DNA from: Owenia fusiformis
Taxonomy: Eukaryota
DNA length: 64,000 nt
Direction: 5' to 3'
Assembly: GCA_903813345.2 (NCBI GenBank)
Contig: CAIIXF020000001.1
Span: 37,572,001-37,636,000 of the forward strand
Shown: positions 39,114 to 51,227 of the stretch, piece after piece
How the letters are laid out: the number at the start of each line of letters is the position of its first letter
How positions within the stretch are numbered: the stretch's first letter is position 1
Notes under the pieces: model-generated
Told to the model about the DNA's origin: nothing
Databases searched by the model: none
Seen by the model: the letters and a program-made list of their open reading frames with translations, nothing else
Made by a program: the position numbers and the translations under genes

Positions 39114-40192
39114 CAGTTCAAAAGATTCGAAAAATTTCTTGTGAATTTTGAAATTTTTTGTTAGGAAATAAGACCAAAATTCACGATTCAGATGTTGAAC
39201 TGAACAAAATGGCTGCTGTTTAATTGAATTCGAATTTTGTATCACAACATGCCCATATATGGGACAAAATATCGATGTTGCACTCTGGAAGCCAATACGG
39301 CCTCCTTGATTGATTTCGAATTTTCCCAGTGAGTGAGTGTGCTGTACTAGCACTAGTTCTGTGTATGTGCATATATTTATCAGAATAAAGTACTTCTGAA
39401 TTTGAAAATATTGTCCTGGATTAAATGTTGCAAAATATTGCATATTGCAAAATCAGACCGCGATAGAATATTAACGTGTTGTATTTGTAGGGCTGTAGTT
39501 AATTGGTTACTGGATGACATATAATTAGATATGCAACTAAGAACCTGAATCCCAGAATCACACGATGCATGAAATGCATCGGCAAAACTCATCGTTCGAG
39601 TCAATTTAGATTTTATACTCAAATGCTTCATGGCATAGGACCACTGCTAGAAAAGAAATATTTGAACTTCAATACTGGATTTGGTATCAGATTTGGTTCA
39701 CATTTATGTATGTGCATATAATATCTGCTAGACAAAATATTCCAATTCCTTAAATAAAAATGGCTGCTATTTTTGTTTTGAATGAAGTTTGTTCTTATCA
39801 TTAGTTATCAGATAGGCCTATGCTAAGAATTGATAGGCTTACAGTTAAAAGTTAGAAAATCTCCCCTCATCATTCTCCCAGGGTTTTTGCTGGTCTTTTT
39901 CGGAAGCTTGAAAGATTTGTTTTCAATGATCCTTCCTGGGTTTAACCCATTGAAAACAGTGGAACGAAATACGGCAAATATTTCCCAATTCACCACTTGC
40001 ATATTTCCTATGACATAAAACCGTAAAACAAGACACACTTCAAGGAGTACCTGACTGTTCCTTGTGCGTTGAATAAAGTCTGGTTTAAATCAAGCCTAAT
40101 CAGTCTGATCTATCAATTGCAAAATTAACAAAATATCAGCCAACCAGCCCCAACACACGCGTGAAGGACCCGTTTATATTTGTAGCCCTAGC

Positions 40193-40400
40193 TTTAACCC
40201 CAAGTCTAGTTTTAACCCCCACCCTAGCTGATTTTGACGCTAAACCTAGATGTAACCCCTAACCTTAGGTCTAACCCTAACCTCGACACTAAATCTAACC
40301 CTAGCTCAACCCTGGTACAAGCTTTAACCCTAACCCCATCTTTTACCCTACCATCGTCTTTAACCCTAATCCAAAAGCCCAAAACCCTAAACATTAACCC
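40193..40400. repeat. Degenerate (TAACCC)n-like low-complexity tract
   Basis: Repeated taaccc/ctaacc/ccctag hexamer variants. Confidence 0.55.
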
Positions 40401-40842
40401 TTTCAATTCGATTTTTGAAATTTGTCAAAGGAGTGGTATCGATATGGTGAACTTTCTGAACACACGTTTCTCTTAAACCAGTCATTAAAACATTCTGAAA
40501 TTCTGAATTTTACACACCGTCAATTTAATGATCATCTTTTTGATGGTAACATTATAATTTGAAATATATATATAATTACTTTTCATTATATTGTTTTAGA
40601 AAACACATCGGACATTTCTTTTGTACTTGGTATCATATGTTCGGAATGAAATGAAACATCCATCCGAACCCAATTGGAACAAAACGACATAAACACAACG
40701 TGTTTAGGTCTCTCAATATTGTAATTGTACATAGGAAAAGTATTGGTTGATTTTAGAAAAGTATCATGTTAATGAAATAAAAGGTTTATCTTAATGTTTT
40801 ATCTATTTTGGGAGGTTTTGTTTTACGTTTTTGCATACCATT

Positions 40843-41178
40843 TTTAAATCAACTAAAATTTCCTTTGTATAACTATAATATTGAGTGGACTAAGAAAATG
40901 TTGTGTATGCTATTTTGTTCCAACAAGGTTCGGAAAGACATTTTATTTCATTCTCAAGAATTGGTAGAAATGAACAAAAAACAATTGCAAAAACAAAAAA
41001 TGTTAACAATTTAAATCAACTAAAATTTCCTTTGTATAACTATAATATTGAATGGACTAAGAAAATGTTGTGTATGCTATTTTGTTCCAACAAGGTTCGG
41101 AAAGACATTTTATTTCATTCTCAAGAATTGGTAGAAATGAACAAAAAAACAATTGCAAAAACAAAAAATGTTAACAAA
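40843..41178. repeat. Near-identical tandem duplication, 167-bp period
   Basis: tttaaatcaactaaaatttcc...tgttaacaa begins at 40843 and again at 41010. Confidence 0.9.
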
Positions 41179-43035
41179 ATAGTTATATAAAATATATATA
41201 AATATTTGTTTGCATTAAATTGTTGCGAATCAGTCAACATTACATAAAGGACAGTGTTTTTACAGAATGAAAAAACAGAGAAAAACATTGTTGAATTCAG
41301 TTCACCATATCGATACCCATCCTTTTATGTTTTGAGTTCTTATATCTCAAAGCTGGTGAAAAATTTCTGAAAATAATGATATACTCAATCGTATAGGAAC
41401 TTTAAAGGAATGCTTTTCCCGAATATTAGGCAAAAATATTGAGAAACTTAGGTAATACAGTTTGTGATTTAGTTTGATGACCTTGACCTTTGACCTTGCA
41501 CATTTTACTTTTGTTACATTAGACCTCGGTAGGTCTTTTGTGATTAAATTTACCTTAATTAATTCGAATCTGAAAAATCAAATTGAAAAATCAATTGGGT
41601 TAGGCTTTGAGAGGTCATTTAAGGTCAATTAAAGGTCAAAGCCCAAATTTTATTTCAGATTTGAACTCCTGGTAACTTAAATCAGTTGATATGAAGCAAA
41701 TATCAAATGACGATTTTGAGCATTATTTTAGACCAAAATATCTCAAAAGTGGTAAACAATTTCTGTTTAAACTTTCGGCTAACCCTATAAACATAATCTC
41801 ATTAATAATTGCACCAGATTTCGGCTTTAAATATTGAATATTTATTGACCATTTTGAGTAAGCAGAAAAACATTTTCTTGACCTAGATTTTGACCTTGAC
41901 CTAGATTTAAAAAAATTTCCCGCTTAGTTCAGCCAAGATCAAGCGAGAGGCCACATAGGAAATAAGGGTGTAGGATAGAATAATCGAAAAATCCCAAATT
42001 CTTGAAATTATATTGGAGGAGGAGTCCTCTAAATTATTACATGTTTTTGCCATACGTGCTTCTAATTTTCTGAACAACATTTGACTTGCCGTTTCGGTAG
42101 GCATTTCCTAGATATTGTTAATTTAAATCAGCATACTACTCATCTGATTTACTCTGGCTGCAACTTCAAGAGGTTTGCATAATTCTTAATAAGTGAAACT
42201 ATTATTGTATTGAATAGATGTCAGGTTTTTAATTTGTCTGAATAAAAAGTAGTTATAGATTTCAGAAAACACAGTAGAGAACAAGCTGAGCATCTGTTCC
42301 GTAAAATTATTATACTAAATTGTTTCCTCATCCAATTAAAACCTATCGATGTGCAGTAAAACCTTATTTAGATGACGATATTAAACGAATTGGATATTCA
42401 TACGTAGAGAACGTCAAACGAATTTGGTCATAACCAAAGATCACGGAAATCCCCTAGTCAGCCAGGCCTGATAGTAGTCCAAGCAAAGATTGAGTGTGAC
42501 AGACTTCTATTTTTATTCATGTTACATTTAATTATAAATTGTTTACACAACTAAACATTTAAGAGGGCCTATTAAGGATCATGTACTCACATATATCCTG
42601 TAAAAGTATGAAGTCACCTCATTTTATATTTAAGAAACATTTAGCCTCACTGGAGATGTAAAGGAAATGAAGTTTAATGCTAATTATTCTAAGCCAACCA
42701 AAAAGATACCATTTGCAAGTGAGTCAAAGATGTTAAAACTCACATCATGTACTGTGTTTTTTTTTCAAAAAATCATTGACTGTGTTGTCGGCTTGGATGT
42801 CCAAAAATGTAAATATGATGACAAGGTCTTTGTTAGAATCGAGGTCAAATGTTTGGCGGATTATTGCAAGAAATAACCCCAACTAAAATTATGATCAAAT
42901 TATTGGCTAGAACATACGATTTAAATAGAAGACGTTACACGGCTGATACACTTGTGTTCTCTTTGAGCTTAACAAAAGTGCCTCTGGTAAAATTGCAACG
43001 AGCAAGAAGAAGGTAATACTAGATATGTATATATA

Positions 43036-46000
43036 CAGGGTTGGTCAATAAAATACCGAAGTTTAAAGATGAATATCACATAATATACGGTATGTTCAAT
43101 CATTCCAATATTATATAACATTTGCTAACAATATTGTCGCGCCGGGACGTTTCCAAGGAGTACCCTGTATCTCAACTTCAGGGAAAGGCCAGGGACGATA
43201 TAAGGGATCTTTGAGGCGTTGTATTTGGGTGCCGACCTGATTTGGTGGTACGGCAGTTACCTTTCAAAGATGGCAAGATAACAATGATATACAGGGATTT
43301 TAAAATCTATTCCAACATAGAATAATGGTACAAATAATTTCAAAAAATGTCTATATAGAGCTTGAATGTCTCTGTAATTGTTCACTTCAGCTTCTTCCAG
43401 TCTTCTCTCTCTTCTAATAACTCCTCTTCTCACAAATAACCTTCTTGAATAATTGTAAGAGGAGGAGGATCTGCTCCTCTGAACTATCTTCACCCTCTAG
43501 GAGGTCCTTCTGCTCTAGGTATCGTCTCGTCTATCTCACTGTTGCAATGTGATATCTATGGAGGAGGAACCACTCGGGAATGTCAATCAATACTCTGAGA
43601 TTAGACCCGAGTTATAAATGCTCCAAATAATCTTCACTGCGCTGTCCCTCAGAGTAGTCTCGTCTCAGAGGAATCGGGGCTCCGCAGAGATAAGACCTGT
43701 GGGATGTAACTGCTCCCAGTAAACACACACCAATGTCCCTCAGAGTCTTCTCACCTCGGAGGAATCAGGGCTCCAGGAGTTTTGGTTCCGGAAGTGTAAC
43801 CTCGGCTCGAGGAGTTATTGTATCTCTATAAAACTCTATGGAGGAGGAACAACTCAGGAATGTCAATCAATAATCTGAGATTAGACCCAAGTTATAAATG
43901 CTCCAACTAATACGCACCACAATGTCCCTCAGAGTCGTCTCACCTCGGAGGAATCAGAGCTCCAGGAGTTTTTGGTTCCGGAAGTGTAACCTCGGCTCAA
44001 GGAGTTATTTTGTCTCTATAAAACTGTCTCGTGGAAGGGGTCCAGGCTCCGGGAGTATCTTCTGCTCGGGGAGTCGCCACCTCACAGGAGAAACCTCTTC
44101 TTTTGTACAAGACCCTAGCTATTGGAGTACCTTCCACTCCAGGAGTTGTCTCGTCTCAGGGGAAACCTCTGCTCCTGAACGCAACCCTGGCTATTGGGAG
44201 TACCTTCCGCACCGGGAGTCTTCTCGTCTCTATAGTAACTTCTGCTCAACCTCTCTCACATGTTTCTTGGAAGGAGTCCAGACTCCGGAGATATCCTCTA
44301 CTCAGGAAGTCGCCACTTCACAGGAGAAACCTCTTCACCCTCTATAGAGAAATAACATCTCTGGAATGTCAATCAGATGGTGAGATTAGACCAGAGCTGC
44401 TACTTCTCGATCGTGGAGTACCCTAGTTCCGGTGGAGTAACCTTGGCTCCAATGAGAGTAAACCTTGCAACACAGAAATACTTTGGTTCCGGTTGTGTAA
44501 CCTCAGTATCTAACTTCTGGAGGAGTCAAATCACCTCGGAGGATACGTCAAGTTCAGCAACTTTTATCAATTTCGGATCATCAATAACTCGGAGGAGGAG
44601 AAGGAGCAACTCACGAATATCAATCATTAAACTGAGATTAGACGGAGCTGTATCCTCAACCCTCGGAGCAGATTCCACTCTAGAATAGATGGAGGAGTAA
44701 GCACTCGGAGCTGGCAATCCTCGGAGCAAATACAACTCGGAGATATAACACTTAAATAATTGGAGGAGTAATCACTCGGAGCTTGCAATCCTCGGAGCAG
44801 ATACAACTCGGAGGAGATATAACACTTAAATAATTGGAGGAGTAATCACTCGGAGCAGTGAGTCCTCGGAGCAGATATGACTCTCGAATATCAATCAAAC
44901 TGAGATTAGACAAGAGTCATAATTACTCGGAGCAGGCGATCCTCCGGGCAAATGGAGTAGTAATGACTCAGAGCTGACAGTCCTCAGAGCAGACACGACT
45001 CCCGAATATCAATCAAACTGAGATTAGACAAGAGTTGTAACTATTCGGAAAAGGAATCACTCCTTAAGATGGCGTCACTTCCGTAAAAAATAAAGATGGC
45101 CGACCGCAGGGAACTCTGGGAAGAAGAAATCAAAATGGCGGACGGCAATATGGCGTCAAACTCAATAATCAAATTGCCAACTCACCCAAAACTGGCTGTT
45201 ATCTTCTTGTATCTCGCACAGTCAAAAACGAATGCAAAACGAATGCAAAACTGCAGCAAATAATGACAGCAAATAATCCAAATAACCTGTAGATTGTCTA
45301 ATATAGTTCTCAATTCAAATCGATCACGCTCCCACATAAACGATACAAATTAACGAGGTCCTTCCTCTGCAAAGTCTTGGTTTACTTTGATTTACAGGTC
45401 ACGATCTCACGCTGAAACCCAGACATCTCAGGTTGCATCATGGGAAAATACAACTTAAGTTGGCGGTAAATTCAAATGAAGCCATCTGATTGGTTGAGCT
45501 CTGTTGTTGGGTGCCTAATTATGCAAATTTATTCCAAGGCCGTCGGCTGATTAGGTCAACATCCAAGTGCCTACGTGAGATTCTGCACGTAGACGCCCAG
45601 CGAGATTTACCATGAAGTTAAAATGAAACCCCGAGAAATACCATGAAACGGAATAAACGCCCCATTATCAATTAAAACCCCACATGAAACGTTATAGATA
45701 CCTCACGTAAGTTTAACAATAAGATATGAGCAAAAACAACATGCATATTACATACAAATACACGTAGAATCGCCATATTGAAAAGCTTGAATCAGAGAGA
45801 ATTTGAAATCTACGAATTCGTTTACAGTGAATATAAGATCTATATGGGCTAAATTATTGAATCCAAAACTATCTCTACACTAAACTCTATCTGATACACT
45901 ATAAATAGGTGTTATATCTAGATTAAAACTCACCAAACTTGGAAAGATAAGGCACCGATGACAATACGATCGCTCAGCTTCAGTAAATTTATGTTACATA

Positions 46001-46511
46001 AAAAAACTGAACGATCCGATGTTCGGTAAATTATTAAAAATCCCACACTATGCCACCATTTGATTGAACAACCGTTGTTTTCTGGAGGAGTTAGAGGCTA
46101 GAATTGACACCAGCAGGGGTGTCACGAGCGACCAAAATATGATTCACTGCAAATTTCAAAACTGTGAAATGGAGGGAAATTTGAACTTAGGCACCTGAAA
46201 AAGAGGTACATTTGTACAAGAGTATGTATATCTTTTTGATTAACTTTCAATTGTGCGTAACACTTAAATAAATGTATAATGATTTCGCCAAGCATATTGA
46301 GTGCAGCTGTGAAGGGAAATTCGGGATTTTTTATTTTTTGATGTTTGGTCGTTCATGACAATTTTAGCCTCTTACTCAATAAGAACGTTTTCTTGATCGG
46401 AAATGATTTATCTTTAAAATGATATATACTGTACTACATGGCGTTGTTTAAAATATATCTTATGAATCATTTATCTTTAGACCTAAGTATTGTTTGATTT
46501 GGCCCACCCTG
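43036..46511. mobile_element. Tc1/mariner-type MITE split by a 2.9-kb insertion
   Basis: TA|cagggttggtcaa ... ttggcccaccctg|TA. The sequence either side of 43135-46047 joins to match the uninterrupted copy at about 22880-22900 (ctaacaatat-g(a/c)caccat). Confidence 0.75.
43135..46047 (-). mobile_element. Probable solo LTR with repetitive body
   Basis: TGT...ACA termini with flanks ATAT/CTAT. Nested direct repeats (CTCGGAG-rich; ctgagattagac-type motif about 6 times). CCAAT, octamer and YY1-like motifs cluster at about 45060-45530. No gag/pol similarity was seen. Strand is inferred from motif orientation. Confidence 0.55.
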
Positions 46512-47209
46512 TATACTACTGTTTTTGAAATGTCTGATAACATTCTTTGGTACTATTCTTTTTTGTTGTGTATTTGGCTAACTAATCAATTTTGGTAATA
46601 CTATAGATTTAACTCTCTTGTAGTAATTAGACAAATAAAACTATGTAATATAAATACATGGACTATAAGAAATGTCCAAATGTCAGACGTGAGTGTTATG
46701 GGAGTCAAACTTAATAGAGTGAAACGGTCACATTCTCATTTCCCCACCGGGACCAGGTGAAAATCGTTTTTAGCTAAAGAATCTGGAATCTTGAGTCTTA
46801 AATTGAACTTAATTGTTCAATTTCATCAGGTATAAATTATTCTAAATCACTTAAATAGTTCAAATACTACATGCCTGCTTCACGACGATCAAAATTGGAA
46901 AGAAGATTTTATGTAAATGTAATTTTAGGTGTCAAAACAATTCTATACATAATCAAAATCCAATTTATTGAGAAAAATGAATTTCAGCGAAATGTCTTTC
47001 TCAAAACTTCCCTCAATGAAAGGTTTATGTAAATATTTAAATTGCAAAATGTTAAAACTGCCGCCTGTTCATGAAAGCATTATTGAATTGCATTTGTAAC
47101 TAACAATTTTCCGTACAGTGTTATTACGTATTTTGTCAGTTTCCCCTTATAATGGTAGTGGAAAACGGTATATTCTGAAATCGACAAAACTCGTTTACTG
47201 TTTACTGTA

Positions 47210-49640
47210 CGAGGGGTGATCAGGAATTTATGGACCGTTGGCTCTATTTTGCCATGTTTATCCTTTCTTAGTGATTTTTTCACACAATATAACCCAACTA
47301 TATAGGATCACACCATGAAGATTTCATTGTTCTATGACATCATTATCCTATTATTTTGTTACCATGGTAACTGGTGACGCGACAAGGTGGAGCTCAGAAA
47401 AATACCAAATTTAAAACATCTACAGTAATTTTATATGATGTTACTTTTGGAACACCCTGACGAGTGTATAGGTTGTATTATTCCATTAAGTATACTCATT
47501 AATGTTCATATAGTCCATGGTATGACTTCCGAATATGAAGGATCCGTAGCACAGTATAGCGCAGCAACATTTGAAGCAATATTTATGAAGATGTACATGT
47601 CTTGATTCTTTTAAAATACCATTTGCTGAAAAAACTTCCGGCTTTCGGGTCGAAAAATGTCTTTCATCACAGGGGGTCAAAAAACGTAAATATTTTGATT
47701 CGAACTTTTATACATTTTATAAGACACAGACCATTATTCTAAGCATAAGAACAAAAATAGATTATCATAATTTAAAAATATACTATTTAATTTTACCGTA
47801 GATGTCGGTGTTTAATTAGTGTAATTGTGCAAGTGTGTTTTTCAGATTTTGTTTGATTTTTCAAATATGAGCCAAGCCGATTCAACAAAATTATGTGGAA
47901 TATTTAGGTAATTTATGATTTGGAACATATTAGTTTTCTTACTATTTAGAACATTTTATTACCAGAATTTTTCCATATAATCGCAAGGGGTCTAAAAACA
48001 AATTATTGTTCATGTTTTATAAAACATAATACAATAACAAATAGGTAAGATTTATATCTAATTAAATGTTACAGAGGTATTGGAATGTTCATATATTCAA
48101 AGGGCATGTCTAATAATCAATTAGAGTCATATGCAATCGAACGCCTTACAATTCTTCCTCGACGTTACTTGTGGCTACCATCAAGTTTTCTGATGAATGT
48201 TTCTTCTTTGACCTTACCGCTGGATATAATCAAATTTTAGGAAGATAATGATAACGATTTTTCTCAATTATTCATGAATTTGATCAAATCTTGATGGTTG
48301 TTTTATAAGCAACTGAGCTATATCTAACTACGGGAAATAGAATTTTAGCCGTAGTCCCAATTAGTCAAGGAAGAGCAATAGACTCTCCTTTATTGACAAT
48401 TTTCTCCAATGAATAAAAGTGCATATCTCAAAACGAATTGAGACCCATTTTTGGATAAACTAGCATAATCTAAGCATTTGTCATTCCAATATAAAAGTGA
48501 TTCATTTGTAGCATTTATCTTATTAATACCTGAGAAACAATACAAAATGTCAATACACTGATTACATATTTTTGGTATTGATAAGAAAATAAACCTCAAA
48601 CTTATAGCTTAGAAACCTAAATCATATATTCAAAATTATTTCATATTATTTTCTGTTGCATTGTGTACTCCAAATTGTGAAAAATTGGGATTTTATTTTT
48701 TGGTGATTTTTTGACCTCTGTTAATGGCAGGCATAATTCAGCCTAAAAGCCGGAAGTATATTGAACGGTTATAATAAAAATCATTAGGGAACATATGTAC
48801 CGTAGGTATGTTAATGTAAGGTCAAATATCGCTGCGCTATAGTGTGTTACCAGCTCCTTTATTAGACGTCCTAGAGATTTCATACCATGGACTAATAGTA
48901 ACTATTATTATTCTTCCATCAATTCTAATCCTTCAAAGAAGTTACCAGCACTTTGTAAGCATTTGTTATGCCTTTTCACCCAGTCCTGAAAGACGTAATA
49001 CAGTCTTTGCCTACTTTGTAACATTGCTGTGTGAATTCCTGAAAGATCTCATTAATGTCCTCTAAGTGGATACCTCATAATTTGTTCTATACTCCTGGGA
49101 AAAGATAGAAATCACACCAAGCTAATTCTGGAGGATACGGTGCGTGTGGTACACGGCCTCAACCGATGGAAAAATCACATTTTGTAGGCAAAGACTCACG
49201 CATATAGACTCACGTATAGTATCACGCCTTTCAGGACTTGGTGAAAGGCATAACAAATGCTTACAAAATGCTGGTAACTACTTTGAAGGATTAGAATTGA
49301 TGGAAGAATAATGACAGTTACTATGAACATTAATGAATATACTTCATGATATAATACAACTTATTACACTGTATGTCACATATTCAGCGATGAATACAGT
49401 GTCCAAACATCATTTAAAACTACTGTTGATTTTTTACATTTGTTATTTTTTCTGAGCTCCACCTTGTCGCGTCACCGGTTACCATTGTAACAAAAAAGAG
49501 GATTTATGATGTTATAGAACAGTGACATCTTCATGGTATGATCCTATATATTTGGGTTATATTGTGTGAAAAAATCATTAAGAAAGGATAAAAATGGCAA
49601 AAATAGAGCCAATGGTCCAGAAATTCCAGATCACCCATCG
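47210..49640. mobile_element. Mariner derivative (same family as 35613-36662) made of two inverted right arms
   Basis: TA|cgaggggtgatcagg ... gatcacccatcg|TA. The transposase 3' end (actgggtgaaaaggcataacaaatgcttacaaa) is present in both orientations (about 48950-49000 and 49230-49270). Confidence 0.85.
47511..48894. mobile_element. Academ-like non-autonomous element nested in the mariner derivative
   Basis: ATA|tagtccatggtatga ... tcataccatggacta|ATA. 15-bp TIR, TAG...CTA termini, 3-bp TSD. The empty site is seen in the opposite arm (gttcatagtaac). Confidence 0.75.
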
Positions 49641-50229
49641 TATATCTTTATTAGGTAATATAAAATGTAACAGTTGGAGACTTATGGACCGTTAGGAGCG
49701 TTCCTCCATTTATTTTTCTATAACTTATTGCAACCTATTATATTTTATCTTCCAGCTGATAAGGCGAGGCAGTTAAACCTCGACTTATTTACGATTTTAT
49801 ATATGTCAAGCAGTTCATGTATTACAATAAGATAAAATACACAATATGTAATAATCTACAGAAATTGATTGATCTAAACTCACATATGTTTCAGCAAAAT
49901 GAAAGTAAGATGAAAGTTGATAGAAATATCACGAGTATGGCGTCGCGAACCACCTTCGCAAAGGGGCTAGCCACTACGGCCGAAGACTGTAGTAGCGACT
50001 TGCTACTGTGGGTCATTACATAATATACCGTGTGACACAATAAAAATGAACCCCACTCACACAATGTTTCATAACTGTTTTGTCTGAAAGAAATCGCACT
50101 TGTTTTTTCGCACATTAAAACTTCAGTCCATTTTTCAACTTCACAAGAAGTTCCAGATGACTAGCTCACCTAGTTGCACATTTGTTAGCGTTACAGAATG
50201 TGTCGTCTATTCCTTTACTGGCACAACTG

Positions 50230-50625
50230 GATCTTACACAAAAATGACCCCCGCCTTTAACAAAAATTTGGAAATATGTTATGATGATTTTCTCAACGAC
50301 AACTATTTTATGTTGTGTTAAATTGAATGGACTTCATTTCCCTGATAGTACAAGCCAAAATTATTAGTATTATACAAAATTATGCTGCAAAAGCTGGGTG
50401 GCATTTTTTAGTGTATAACCCATGTGTGTCTGCAAAGGAATGGACGACATTTAGAGCAAATGTCTTGACGCTCATAAAATTTGACCCACTTGGGCTACCT
50501 ATCTCTTAATTCTGGAGGTGCTTTCGCATTATGTCTACATTAAATGTGCAAAAGGACAAGTCTATATGTTAATAGACAAACAATTTATGCAACATAAGGT
50601 TGGTGTCATTTTTTGTGTCACCCTG
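50230..50625. mobile_element. Tc1-type MITE fragment; relatives at about 28020-28290 and 60080-60300
   Basis: cacaaaaatgaccc ... ggtgtcattttttgtgtcaccctg|TA. Shared internal aattgaatggact...caagccaaaat segment. Confidence 0.55.
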
Positions 50626-50950
50626 TAATAAACATTTTGATAAAAGATCAATTGAGTTGTCCGTTTGTGAGGTATATTGCTCCTACTGTATATTATGTTT
50701 ATATGTTTTGTTTGTTTTTTTAAATCAATTATCACCCGACTGATTGATTGATAACAATTACAATCCTTGCCGAAGCAGAGAAAATAAATTGTAACAGTTG
50801 GGCAAATTAAAGTAATGATGCATATCAATACATATTTTTTATCTGTCTCTTCCACAGCTTTTAAAACTGCACATGTATAGTACAGCGCAGTAACGCAGTA
50901 CGTTCATTCGCTATTGATCTGGTGGAGTATCGCAGTCAGGAAGTAAAAAC

Positions 50951-51227
50951 ATGGCAGTCCGATGGCTGGTCATCGTGACAGCATTCAGTATTCAATTTTC
51001 AGTATTTTTATCAGCATGGGGTGAAAAGGTACGGGATAATAAACTTGCTCGACGAGCTAGAAAGAACACAACGCGACATACCGGTCTTGAAGAAATGATT
51101 GACAATATGTTTGACAAATATGCAGAAAACTTGCACGATGCTGTTGATGCTACAATACAAAGGTTAAAAAATGACATGGAAACTGATTTGAAGAAAAGGA
51201 TAACTCGGTACTGCAATACCAACAAAG
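50951..51227 (+). CDS. Exon 1 of S9 peptidase gene: signal peptide, basic RRAR site, predicted helical/coiled-coil segment
   Basis: aaaacATGG start context. MAVRWLVIVTAFSIQFSVFLSAWG-EK...RYCNTNK G|gtaaac, phase 1. Linkage to the downstream exons is inferred from phase only. Confidence 0.72.

Noticed and set aside
40193..40400. Interstitial telomere
   Set aside because: The tract is too degenerate, with only a few exact TAACCC units. It is kept only as a low-complexity repeat.
43898..44735. Overlapping 100-150 aa ORFs
   Set aside because: They arise from stop-poor GC-rich repeats on several frames and show no recognisable gag/pol or other motifs.
46039..46058. tRNA-Leu-like primer binding site (aatcccac...tgccacca) suggesting an LTR internal region
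   Set aside because: The gccacca part belongs to the host MITE (the uninterrupted copy reads gacacca), so the match is formed by the insertion junction.
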